From Candidatus Lustribacter sp. (GTDB taxonomy: Bacteria > Vulcanimicrobiota > Vulcanimicrobiia > Vulcanimicrobiales > Vulcanimicrobiaceae): a stretch of DNA of 64,000 nucleotides. Made by a program: the position numbers and the translations under genes. Where the stretch lies: contig OZ255842.1 in NCBI GenBank assembly GCA_965277805.1, forward strand, positions 2,432,001-2,496,000. The letters run 5' to 3'. Below, piece after piece: positions 20,265 through 29,232 of this stretch; the stretch's first letter is position 1, and each line of letters starts with the position of its first letter. Under the pieces are notes generated by a model. That model searched no databases. It saw only the letters and a list, made by a program, of their open reading frames with translations, and was not told where the DNA came from.

Positions 20265-20340
20265 TGGCAGGGCGGACAGGACTCGAACCTGCAACCGACG
20301 GTTTTGGAGACCGCAACTCTACCAATTGAGCTACCGCCCT
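20265..20340 (-). tRNA. tRNA-Trp(CCA)
   Basis: Cloverleaf AGGGCGG..CCGCCCTG-CCA; anticodon loop CTCCAAA. Confidence 0.96.
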
Positions 20341-20353
20341 CAGCTGGGTCGTT

Positions 20354-20518
20354 TTACTTGGTTTCCCGGTGGGGTTTGTGGCAGCGGCAAAAGCGGCAGT
20401 ACTTGCTCAGCTCGAGCCGGTCGGTGGTGTTCTGCTTGTTCTTGAACGTGTTGTAGTTCCGGCGCTTGCACTCGGTGCAGGCCATCGTTACCATCACGCG
20501 GTTCTCTTTTTTTGCCAT
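20354..20518 (-). CDS. rpmG: 50S ribosomal protein L33 (Zn-ribbon form, 54 aa; below ORF-track cutoff)
   Basis: Own translation [54 protein letters not shown]. Confidence 0.96.
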   Translation of the reverse strand: MAKKENRVMVTMACTECKRRNYNTFKNKQNTTDRLELSKYCRFCRCHKPHRETK

Positions 20519-20685
20519 CGTTCAATCCGTAAGGGTGTCTAGCGCCGGACATAAAGAAAACGGGGCCGGGCCCGTTCCAGGCGTTCATGATAGCATACCG
20601 CCAAGCTCCCCCACAAGGGCGGGCCGCTTGCCGCGAGCTCGCTGAGAAAGGTGACCATGCCAGCCGCTCGAGCCGGGATTGACCG

Positions 20686-21078
20686 ATGACCGACCTGCGA
20701 ACCATCCTCGCCGTGGGGGTGGGGGCGGCCGCCGGCGGGATCGCACGCTTGCTCGTGACCCAGCTCGTGCTGGCCCGAGCGGGCGACGGGACCGGACCGT
20801 ACGCGACGATGTTTATCAATATCAGCGGATCGTTCCTGATCGGGATCGTCATCCAGCTCGCGCAATCGCAGCCGGGCCTGCCGCTGATCTGGCGCTACTT
20901 CCTCGCCACCGGCATCCTCGGCGGCTACACGACGTTCTCGACCTTCTCGTTCGAAGCGTTGGCGTATTGGACGGCCGGCTCCGCGCTCAAAGCGCTGCTC
21001 TACGTGGCCGGCAGCGTCGTGCTCGGCATCGCCGGGGCCGCCGCCGGTATCCTGACCGCCCGCACGTTCGCGCACTGA
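20686..21078 (+). CDS. crcB: Fluoride channel Fluc/CrcB
   Basis: GG.AR, TMFINISGSFLIG, TGILGGYTTFSTFSFE. Confidence 0.95.
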   Translation: MTDLRTILAVGVGAAAGGIARLLVTQLVLARAGDGTGPYATMFINISGSFLIGIVIQLAQSQPGLPLIWRYFLATGILGGYTTFSTFSFEALAYWTAGSALKALLYVAGSVVLGIAGAAAGILTARTFAH

Positions 21079-21269
21079 TGCCGCTCGATCTCGACGTGCT
21101 CTACGCGTGCCCGTCCTGTGGGGAAGAAAATGCGGTCGGCGTCGATCCAACCGGCGGACGACGGCAACGCATTCTCGAGGATTGCCCCGTATGTTGCCGC
21201 CCGCTCGTGTTTCACATCGTGATCGATCGCGACGGCGACGCGATCGTCGAACGCGTGGAGCGCGAGTAG
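21078..21269 (+). CDS. CPXCG-motif cysteine-rich small protein
   Basis: CPSCGEEN..VDPTGG..Q..EDCPVCCRP; start overlaps crcB stop. Confidence 0.8.
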   Translation: MPLDLDVLYACPSCGEENAVGVDPTGGRRQRILEDCPVCCRPLVFHIVIDRDGDAIVERVERE

Positions 21270-21277
21270 AAAACGGA

Positions 21278-21355
21278 TGGTGCGACCGGTCAGAATCGAA
21301 CTGACAACCTTGGCCTTAGGAGTGCCCTGCTCTATCCAGATTGAGCTACGGCCGC
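21278..21355 (-). tRNA. tRNA-Arg(CCT)
   Basis: GCGGCCG..CGGTCGC-ACCA; anticodon loop CTCCTAA. Confidence 0.92.
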
Positions 21356-21425
21356 GCACCTGATCGCACACGTTCGCGAACCGGAAGGGGACCTCCCGGA
21401 ACGAACGAAGGCCCCTCGCTCCGAT

Positions 21426-22949
21426 ATGATGCCGGCGAAGACACAGCACATCCCGCCGATGAGTTCGGCGCCCGACGGCTTTTCAATCGAGCGCGAATTA
21501 CCATCGCGCTTCGCCGCGTTCTACAAGCCGCTGCACGACGCGCTCACGCCGCGCCAGCAGCAGATCATCGCCAACCGCAAAGCGGTGCTCAAAGCCTCGC
21601 TCGACGGCAAGCGCCCGAGTTACCTCGGCCTGTCCGAAGCCGGCAGCGATTGGCGCATCGAATTGCCGGCGTGGTGCGCCGATCAGCGCAATCAGATGAC
21701 GGGGCCGGCCGACGATCACGAGCTGGTCGTGAAGATGCTCAACTCCGGCGCGCCCGGCGTGATGATCGACCTCGAAGATTCGATGGCCAACATCTTCAGC
21801 CACACGCTCAAGGGCATCGACAACGCGGTGGCCGCGTATCACGGCGACCTGACGTACACCGATGCAAGAGGCAGCGGCAAGATCGTGTCGATCGCCGACG
21901 GCCCGGCGGTGTTGTGGACGCGTCCGCGCGGATTGCATCTTTCACAAGCCGGTGTCTACAAAGGTGTGACGTCGGCTTCGCTGTTCGACCTGGCGCTGCT
22001 CGCGTACAAGATCGACTTCTCGCGCCTGAAGCATCCGCTCGCGATCTACATCCCGAAGACCGAATCGGCCGAAGAAGCGCTGTGGTGGCGCGATGCGTTC
22101 GCCGCGATCGCCGTCGCGAAAGGCCAGCCGGCGGATGCCATCAAGTGCATGGCGCTGGTCGAGTCGCATCCGTTCGCCTACCAGATCGAAGAATTTGCCT
22201 ACACGCTGCGCGATCATATCCTTGGGTTGAATCTCGGCCGCTGGGATTACATGGCGAGCCTGATTCACTTCAACCTCGACGATCCGGAGTGGGTGCTGCC
22301 CGACCGCAACACGATCCCGACCGACGTGCCGTTCTTCCAAGCGCTGCGCGAACGGATTCCCGAAGTGTGCCATCATCACGGCCTGCTCGCGATCGGCGGC
22401 ATGACCGCGCTCTTTCCGGATCGCAACAATTTCGAGCTCAACACACGAGCGCTCGAAGCGCTCGAAGCCGACAAGAAAAACGAAGCCGCGTGCCTCTTCG
22501 ACGGCGCGTGGACCGGGCATCCGGATCAGAACGCGATCGCGATCGCGCAATTCCCCCAACCGAATCAGGGGATGAAGCGCAGCCCGATCGCGAACGCCAC
22601 GCCCGACCTGCGGCCCACGCTCGGAAACGTGGGCGCGAAAACGGTGAACGGAACGCGCGCGGCGGTGCGCACCGTCATCCGTTACCGGCACGGCTATCTG
22701 ATGGGCCGCGGTGCATCGCTGCTCGACGGCTACATGGAAGATCTCGCCACCGACCGCATCTACCGCTTGATGATCGCGCAGCGCTATCTCCACGGGATGC
22801 ATAGCGCCGCCGACGTGTCGCGCTTCTTCGATGAGGAACTCGCGCGGCTCTTGGTCGATCCGAACAACGCCAAAGATTCGAAAGTTTTCCGTGAGGCGCG
22901 CCGCCAGAGCGAAGAGATGATCCGCCAGGGGTTCCACGACCCGATCTAG
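21426..22949 (+). CDS. aceB: Malate synthase
   Basis: MIDLEDS, RPRGLH, YIPKTES, GLNLGRWDY, AIGGM, MEDLAT. Confidence 0.9.
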   Translation: MMPAKTQHIPPMSSAPDGFSIERELPSRFAAFYKPLHDALTPRQQQIIANRKAVLKASLDGKRPSYLGLSEAGSDWRIELPAWCADQRNQMTGPADDHELVVKMLNSGAPGVMIDLEDSMANIFSHTLKGIDNAVAAYHGDLTYTDARGSGKIVSIADGPAVLWTRPRGLHLSQAGVYKGVTSASLFDLALLAYKIDFSRLKHPLAIYIPKTESAEEALWWRDAFAAIAVAKGQPADAIKCMALVESHPFAYQIEEFAYTLRDHILGLNLGRWDYMASLIHFNLDDPEWVLPDRNTIPTDVPFFQALRERIPEVCHHHGLLAIGGMTALFPDRNNFELNTRALEALEADKKNEAACLFDGAWTGHPDQNAIAIAQFPQPNQGMKRSPIANATPDLRPTLGNVGAKTVNGTRAAVRTVIRYRHGYLMGRGASLLDGYMEDLATDRIYRLMIAQRYLHGMHSAADVSRFFDEELARLLVDPNNAKDSKVFREARRQSEEMIRQGFHDPI

Positions 22950-22959
22950 CGGATTCCGC

Positions 22960-24201
22960 CTACGCTAGTACGGTGCCGCGGACTTCGCCGAAGTCGACGC
23001 GGTGCGGTCCGGTTCCGGCGACCGCGTGCAAGATCACGGTGTCGCCGTTCTCGAGGAATGCGCGCGTTTCGCCGGACGGTAACGAGACCGGGTTTGCGCC
23101 GCGCCAGCTCAACTCGAGAAAACTGCCGTAGGTGCCGGGCTCGCTGCCGGAAACGGTACCGGTACCGAACAGATCGCCGGCACGGACGCGCGAGCCGTTC
23201 GAGGTCATGTGCGCGAGTTGCTGGGCGACGTTCCAGTACATCTCGCGGAAGTTCGTATGGGAGATGACAGCGGGCGCGATGTTTTGCGCGCGCATCCGCT
23301 CGGTTTGCAGCAAAACCTCGAGCGCGATGTCGTAGGCGTAGTTCTCGCTTACGCGCAGATACGGGAGCGGCGCGGGGTCGAGGACGCGATTGGGGACGCG
23401 GAACGGTTCGAGCGCGTCGAGCGAGACGAGCCAGGGCGAAATCGACGTTGCGAATGACTTGCCGAGGAATGGGCCCAGCGGCACGTATTCCCACGCTTGA
23501 ATGTCGCGCGCGCTCCAGTCGTTGAGCACTACGTAGCCGTAAACGTGATCGCGCACGGCGTCAGCGGGAATCGATTCACCGAGCTTATTGCCGGGGCCGG
23601 TAATCCACGCCATCTCCAATTCGATATCGAGCATCTGCGTCGGGCCGAACATCGGTGCCGGCGCGTCGGGCGCTTTGCGTTGCCCGTGCGGACGGCGGAT
23701 CGGCGTATCGCTTACGACGACGGAACTTGCGCGGCCGTGATAGCCGATCGGGACGTAGCGGTAATTCGGCTGGAGCGGTTCGGTGCCCGGACGTAGGATT
23801 TTTCCCGCGTTCGTGGCGTGCTCGATGCCGGAGAAAAAGTCGACGTAATCTTGCACTTCGATGGGGAGCAACATCGTCGCCGCGCTGCGCGGCACAAGTG
23901 CGCGCATTACGGCTTCTCGTTCGTCCGACGTCGCGGCTTCGCCGAAGAGACGCTGCAGCGTCGCACGCAGCGAACGCCACGCACCGGGACCGTGCGCGAG
24001 AAATGCATTCAGGGTGCGTGCATCAAGCAGCGTTTCGTCATCGAGTAGGCGCTCGCGGATCAACGTCGACAGGTCGACGATCGATGGTCCGATCGCGACG
24101 CCCGGACGCGGAGCGTCGTCCGTGGTAAAGATACCAAGCGGCAGGTTCTCAATACCGAAGCCGCTGCCGTCCGCACCGTTAATCCAAGCTGACATCGCCA
24201 T
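22960..24201 (-). CDS. fahA: Fumarylacetoacetase
   Basis: FGIENLPLG, DYVDFFS..EHATN, GYHGRASS, NDWSARDIQAWEYVPLGPF. Confidence 0.95.
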   Translation of the reverse strand: MAMSAWINGADGSGFGIENLPLGIFTTDDAPRPGVAIGPSIVDLSTLIRERLLDDETLLDARTLNAFLAHGPGAWRSLRATLQRLFGEAATSDEREAVMRALVPRSAATMLLPIEVQDYVDFFSGIEHATNAGKILRPGTEPLQPNYRYVPIGYHGRASSVVVSDTPIRRPHGQRKAPDAPAPMFGPTQMLDIELEMAWITGPGNKLGESIPADAVRDHVYGYVVLNDWSARDIQAWEYVPLGPFLGKSFATSISPWLVSLDALEPFRVPNRVLDPAPLPYLRVSENYAYDIALEVLLQTERMRAQNIAPAVISHTNFREMYWNVAQQLAHMTSNGSRVRAGDLFGTGTVSGSEPGTYGSFLELSWRGANPVSLPSGETRAFLENGDTVILHAVAGTGPHRVDFGEVRGTVLA

Positions 24202-24221
24202 CGCGAATCGCCACCTCTAGG

Positions 24222-24253
24222 AATGAAAAGACCCCTCGCTTCCGAGGGATCTT
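24222..24253 (-). terminator. Intrinsic terminator after tRNA-Thr(GGT)
   Basis: AAGATCCCTCG-GAAG-CGAGGGGTCTT followed by TTCATT on minus strand. Confidence 0.6.
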
Positions 24254-24265
24254 CGTCAAGTGATC

Positions 24266-24340
24266 TGGAGCTGGCGGTCGGGATTGAACCGACGCTCTCG
24301 TCCTTACCAAGGACGTGCTTTACCACTAAGCTACGCCAGC
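24266..24340 (-). tRNA. tRNA-Thr(GGT)
   Basis: GCTGGCG..CGCCAGC-TCCA; anticodon loop TTGGTAA; no intron. Confidence 0.96.
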
Positions 24341-24822
24341 TCGTACTCGGCCGCCCACCGAATCTTTCGAGCCTGCCGGTTAAGGCACGGGGCCACGCGC
24401 AAATGCCCCTTAGTCGCGACCAGTTCGGACTCAGGGACGAGGTAAACCTTCCCATTGTCCGGGCAGAAGACGGCGAGATATTCGACTTGACCGAAATACG
24501 GCCGACTCGCGGTCGGTCCGGATCGGCGATGCTGATGGGAGCTACTGCATATAAAATCGATCACTCCGCCTCGCATGCGCCCCGTCTTCACCTGAATACG
24601 CAAGAGTTGAAGCCCGTCATCAGCGATCACATCATATCGATGATTTTCACCGAACGGTATCGACACAAGATAGCCAGCTCGAATGAGTGCCGAAATCACC
24701 ATCACTTCTGACAGATCACCGATCGCCTTCGTGTTTCGCTTTGGTTTCTCAGCACTTGGACCCGCCGCAATTGCGACTAGATTTTCGCCATCTTCCGGCG
24801 GGAACAAATACGAAACGCTCAT
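24331..24822 (-). CDS. Group I intron-associated-type PD-(D/E)XK endonuclease (PDDEXK_5/I-Ssp6803I-like), free-standing
   Basis: KAIGDLSE..V...L...GY.VSIPFGENHRYD..ADDG..L.RIQVKTGR, VYLVP; stop codon lies inside tRNA-Thr. Confidence 0.88.
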   Translation of the reverse strand: MSVSYLFPPEDGENLVAIAAGPSAEKPKRNTKAIGDLSEVMVISALIRAGYLVSIPFGENHRYDVIADDGLQLLRIQVKTGRMRGGVIDFICSSSHQHRRSGPTASRPYFGQVEYLAVFCPDNGKVYLVPESELVATKGHLRVAPCLNRQARKIRWAAEYELA

Positions 24823-24963
24823 TGCAAATATTCTCGCAAATTGCTGTGCCTACTGGTTGGCACTCACGCGGTGCAATAGCGCTTTTCGCGCTTAAAGGAG
24901 TCCGACGTACCGACCGACTAGACCCCACTAACGGAAGAAACCACTACCGGAGACGGGGTTCGC

Positions 24964-26916
24964 ATGGCAAAGAAAGATTCGGGCGGCGTTGACAGACGCG
25001 CGTTTTTAGGCGGAATCGGTGCTGCGGGAGCCGCCGCAGCGGCGGTGGCGGGAGTAAAACCCACACCGGCCGAGGCCAAACCCACGGCCCTGCCGCCCGT
25101 CTCCCAGTCGTATGCGACGACGATCGCGCAACTGGAGCAGGCGCCCCCGATCGATCACGGCCCCGGCGCCGATGCGCAGCACATCACGAATCCCGGCTCG
25201 GACTACATGGTCGACGTCTTGATGGCGCTCGGCTACAAGTACGTCGCCGCAACGCCCGGCACCACGTTCCGCGGACTCCAAGAATCGGTCATCAATTACG
25301 CCCAAGGCAAGATGGAGTGGCTCTCGTGCGCGCACGAAGAGATCTCCGGATCGATGGCCCACGGCTACGCCAAAGCGGCCGGTAAGCCCATGATCATCAT
25401 GGTGCACAACACCGTCGGCCTGCAGCACGCGTCGATGGCGATGTACAACTGCTGGGCCGACCGCGTGCCGATGCTGGTAATGCTCGGGAACTACGCCGAC
25501 GGCGCGCTGCGCTCGAGCGCCGCCGACTGGGATCACGCCATGCTCGACAACGCCGCGATGGTCCGCGGCTACATCAAGTACGACGAGCAGCCGGGATCGC
25601 TGCAGCACTACAAAGAGTCGATGCTGCGCGGACACGGCTTGATGATGACCGCACCGAGCGGCCCGATCGTCATGGTCTGCGATCAGACGCTGCAAGAAGA
25701 CACCGCGTCGCGCAAGCCGCAGCCGGCGATGCCGGCCTACGTTGCGGCAACGCAGCCGGCGCCCGATCCGGGCGCGATCAAACAGATTGCCCAGATGCTG
25801 GTTACGGCGAAGAATCCCGTCATCGTCGCCGATCGCGCGACGCGCTCGCAAGCCGACGTCCAGAATCTCGTCAAACTCGCCGAGGCGCTGCAAGTTCCGG
25901 TGATCGACAAGCTGGGCCGGATGAACTTCCCGACCACGCACTACCTCAACGGCGCGGGCGGCCTGACCGCCGAAGCCGACTTGATCCTCGCACTCGATCC
26001 CGGCGACTTGTCGAGTTACGTCGAGCGCCTGCCCGAGTCGATCGCGCGCAGCACGATTCGCACCGCGCGCCCGGATTGCAAAGTCATCTCGATCGACTCC
26101 GAATTGCTGGCCGACGCCGGAAACTTTCAGGATAAGCAGCGCTTCTATCAGGCCGACCTTCCGGTCGCCGCCGACTCCGCGACGACGTTGCCGTTCCTCA
26201 TCGAAGCGGTGAACAGCGCGATGTCGACCGCGCGCCGCAACGAGAACCCGCAACGCGAAGCGCGTCAGCGCGAAGCCTACTACATCAAGCGTCAGGCCGA
26301 CGCGGCCTACGCCGCGGTCGCCTGGGATTCGCAGCCGATCAGCGTCGCGCGCATGTGCATGGAGATCTGGAATCAGATCAAGGGCGACCCGTGGTCGGTC
26401 GTCTCGTCGACGGGCTTCCAGAGTAACTGGCCGGCGCGCCTGTGGGACTTCACCGATTACAGCCAATACCACGGCGGCTCGGGCGCCGCGGGCATCGGGT
26501 ACATCGGCGGCGCCGCGATCGGCTGCGCGCTCGCACATAAAGACAACGGCGGGGCCGTGTGCGTCAGCTTCCAAGGCGACGGCGACTTCATGATGGGCCC
26601 CGGCGCGATGTGGACCGCTGCGCATCACCGCATTCCGCTCTTGATGGTGATCCACAACAATCGCGCTTGGTACCAAGAAACGATGTCGGTCCAAATTCTC
26701 GCATCGCGGCGCGACCGTCATCCCGATCGCGGGCGCATCGGCACCGAGATCGTCGATCCGAACATCAACTACGCCAAGGTCGCGGAAGGCTTCGGCGTTT
26801 ACGCCGAGCCGCAGATCACGCATCCGGACCAGCTTGCACCGGCGATCGCACGGGCGCTCAAAGTGGTCAAGAGCGGTCATCCTGCGTTGCTCGACATCGT
26901 GTCGCAAGGGAGATGA
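24964..26916 (+). CDS. ThDP-dependent enzyme with twin-arginine signal peptide
   Basis: DRRAFLGG...AEA signal; CAHEE..MAHGYAK; GDGDFMM...HNN motif. Confidence 0.88.
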   Translation: MAKKDSGGVDRRAFLGGIGAAGAAAAAVAGVKPTPAEAKPTALPPVSQSYATTIAQLEQAPPIDHGPGADAQHITNPGSDYMVDVLMALGYKYVAATPGTTFRGLQESVINYAQGKMEWLSCAHEEISGSMAHGYAKAAGKPMIIMVHNTVGLQHASMAMYNCWADRVPMLVMLGNYADGALRSSAADWDHAMLDNAAMVRGYIKYDEQPGSLQHYKESMLRGHGLMMTAPSGPIVMVCDQTLQEDTASRKPQPAMPAYVAATQPAPDPGAIKQIAQMLVTAKNPVIVADRATRSQADVQNLVKLAEALQVPVIDKLGRMNFPTTHYLNGAGGLTAEADLILALDPGDLSSYVERLPESIARSTIRTARPDCKVISIDSELLADAGNFQDKQRFYQADLPVAADSATTLPFLIEAVNSAMSTARRNENPQREARQREAYYIKRQADAAYAAVAWDSQPISVARMCMEIWNQIKGDPWSVVSSTGFQSNWPARLWDFTDYSQYHGGSGAAGIGYIGGAAIGCALAHKDNGGAVCVSFQGDGDFMMGPGAMWTAAHHRIPLLMVIHNNRAWYQETMSVQILASRRDRHPDRGRIGTEIVDPNINYAKVAEGFGVYAEPQITHPDQLAPAIARALKVVKSGHPALLDIVSQGR

Positions 26917-27554
26917 GCATGTTGCGCTTCAAAACGCTCGCAATCGCCTCGTTCGTCGCCGCCGCGCTCGCCGGGGCGGGCGTGCTCTCGGCCCAGACGA
27001 CCGCCCCTGCCGGCGACGCCAAACACGGCTATCAGCTCTTCCAAGTGAACGGCTGTTATGAATGCCACAACACGCTCGGTCAAGGCACCGGCAGCCGCGC
27101 TCCCGGCGCGGGTCCGGGACCGAACCTCGCGCCCGGACCGATTCCGTACGCCGCGTTCGTGCGCCAAGTGCGCAACCCGCGTCAATCGATGCCGCCCTAC
27201 GATGCGAAACTGGTCAGCGATCAGGACCTGGCCGACATGTACGCCTTCCTGGCGTCGCAGCCGCCGGCGAAAGATCCGCACACCATCGCGGTGCTGAACA
27301 ACGTCACGGCCGGAACGGCAACGAGCACCCCGCACGGCGCCGTCCTCTACGCCGCCAACTGCGCAACCTGTCACGGCGCGAGCGGACAAGGCGGCGTGGG
27401 CCCGGCACTGCGCAACGAAAGCTCAAAGAAAGATGCAGCCGCGGTGGCAGCGTTCGTCCGCAACCCGTCCGGCATCATGCCCAAGCTCAGTCCCGGCATG
27501 CTCAGCGCCAGCGACGTTACCGCCGTATCAGCGTACGTCGAAACGCTGCACTAG
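26913..27554 (+). CDS. Di-haem c-type cytochrome
   Basis: Sec signal; CYECH and CATCH; distal-Met motifs SMPPY and IMPK; ATGA overlap with ThDP gene. Confidence 0.9.
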   Translation: MSMLRFKTLAIASFVAAALAGAGVLSAQTTAPAGDAKHGYQLFQVNGCYECHNTLGQGTGSRAPGAGPGPNLAPGPIPYAAFVRQVRNPRQSMPPYDAKLVSDQDLADMYAFLASQPPAKDPHTIAVLNNVTAGTATSTPHGAVLYAANCATCHGASGQGGVGPALRNESSKKDAAAVAAFVRNPSGIMPKLSPGMLSASDVTAVSAYVETLH

Positions 27555-27566
27555 CGCCGGGTCCGT

Positions 27567-28127
27567 CTATTTCGCGACGGCTGTTTCCGGCTCATGAAGC
27601 GAACGCAGCAGGCCGCTGAGGACTGCTGCCTTCGATTCCTCCGGTGCCGCATGATAGACGGAATATGACGCATCCAGCGTGTGCTTTAGCCATTCGTCCT
27701 TCAGCCGGCGCGAATCATCCGAGACTTCGTTGGCCGTACCCGAGACCGGGCGCAAATAGCCGTCGATCTTTCCGAGATCGAGTAACCGCAAAATCGTGAA
27801 CTCGCAGGACGGCCGCTGGTAGACGTTGCGGCGCGAGTTCAACTCGGTCAATTTACGCCGCTCGCGCAGCAAGAACCCGTAACGTTCGAGGACCGAAATT
27901 GCGCCGAACACGATCGAAAGGCTCGAGAGCCGGAGGTCGTTGCGGATCTGCTTCGTCGTGGGGTGACAGACGTTCGTCTCACATGCCAGCATGGTCAGAT
28001 AAAGATAGATGCTGACTTGGCGCGGATTAAGGACGTGGTACAGAAAACCGCTCATCCACGCCGGCACTTCCGCATAGGGCTGACAATTCTCAAAGCAATT
28101 TTTGGAATCGATTAGCGGGACAGACAA
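27567..28127 (-). CDS. Winged-helix DNA-binding protein (HTH_36/replication-initiator-like)
   Basis: IYLYL...CHPTTKQI..DL.LSS..I....L...G.L.R pattern; lower GC than flanks. Confidence 0.55.
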   Translation of the reverse strand: MSVPLIDSKNCFENCQPYAEVPAWMSGFLYHVLNPRQVSIYLYLTMLACETNVCHPTTKQIRNDLRLSSLSIVFGAISVLERYGFLLRERRKLTELNSRRNVYQRPSCEFTILRLLDLGKIDGYLRPVSGTANEVSDDSRRLKDEWLKHTLDASYSVYHAAPEESKAAVLSGLLRSLHEPETAVAK

Positions 28128-28257
28128 TAGCGAACATTCCCTGACTGTCAGAGTGATTCAGGTCATCCTTTGGCACCTCACTACAATCGCCTTGCTGTAT
28201 GTGCTGCGTGCATAGTACCAAAATGTGTATGATACTGAAAAAGCAGCCATGCGACTG

Positions 28258-29196
28258 CTACCTGAAGAGAAAGTCTGCCGCGCTAAAACGATGATCGATT
28301 AGCGCGTACTTCGCCATTGCGTCGATCAAGGGTTGAATATCGCCCGTGTTGACCGACGTTGCGTTGAAGCTGATCCCCGTTTGCACAATCGACGCCGCTG
28401 AAACACCGCTGAATGTTGAAAGCAAGTCGGCCGTCTCATTCGCGTGCGCGTTGTTATATGCGGCAGCGGTGCCGATGATCTTACCGAAGCGTAAGACGAG
28501 GTCGCGGTTTTTACTCGCGTACGCACCGGTCGAGAACCAGGCGGTCTCCAAGAAACGCGGCGCGATCGCGGTGAACACATTTGCAAGAACTTTCACGGTT
28601 CCGTCGCCGACCGCGTGCGCGACGAACGGCGGCACGAGCGCTGCGGCAGCAACGCGGCCCTGCGCCACCGCCGCGGCGGCAGCACTCGACGGGATTTCGG
28701 TGAACGAGAGCGTGCGCGAGTCGCCGCCGTGCGTATCCACCCACGCCTTCACCGCCAGCGTATTCTGATCGCCGAGCGACGGAACGGAGATGATCTTCCC
28801 GTTGAGATCCTTGCCGTCCTTAATGGTTGCGCTCGGCAAGATGACGAGCATTACGTCGCCGCTGTCATGCGGCCCGAAGACCGCGCCGCCGGCGTGGATC
28901 TTGATGTCAACGTTGTGCGCGCGAGCCGCAATGAGGGAGCCCATGCTGGACTTACCGATATCGACTGCGCCGCCCACGACGGCAGCGATCGTCGCCGCGC
29001 CGCTATTGGCGCGCTCGTACGTCGTCTCGAACCCGGCGGCGCGAAAAAGACCGGCCTTTTGCGCGTAGAGTAACGGCGCTGCGTCGTCGGCACCGGTACC
29101 CGAACAGTGAACGGTCAGCGGCGCGGGCGTCTGGGCGAACGCCGGAGCGGAGGTCACGGCAGCGAGCCCGGCGGCGATAAAGTTCGTGCGTCTCAT
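28258..29196 (-). CDS. ABC solute-binding protein (SsuA/NMT1-like), Tat-like signal
   Basis: MRRTNFI, DLNGKIISV, WVDTHGGDS. Confidence 0.85.
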   Translation of the reverse strand: MRRTNFIAAGLAAVTSAPAFAQTPAPLTVHCSGTGADDAAPLLYAQKAGLFRAAGFETTYERANSGAATIAAVVGGAVDIGKSSMGSLIAARAHNVDIKIHAGGAVFGPHDSGDVMLVILPSATIKDGKDLNGKIISVPSLGDQNTLAVKAWVDTHGGDSRTLSFTEIPSSAAAAAVAQGRVAAAALVPPFVAHAVGDGTVKVLANVFTAIAPRFLETAWFSTGAYASKNRDLVLRFGKIIGTAAAYNNAHANETADLLSTFSGVSAASIVQTGISFNATSVNTGDIQPLIDAMAKYALIDHRFSAADFLFR

Positions 29197-29232
29197 CAGT
29201 GCTGATATCCGCCGTCGGACCCGGGACTCTTG

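Noticed and set aside
20520-20685. Fluoride riboswitch upstream of crcB
   Set aside because: The GGCGATGG...TCGCC core is not present
24266-24822. Group I intron around the PD-(D/E)XK gene
   Set aside because: The tRNA is contiguous (75 nt) and no intron core or split exon is visible
24858-24880. sigma54 promoter or CIRCE at TTGGCACTC upstream of the ThDP gene
   Set aside because: GG-to-GC spacing is wrong for sigma54 and there is no second CIRCE half-site
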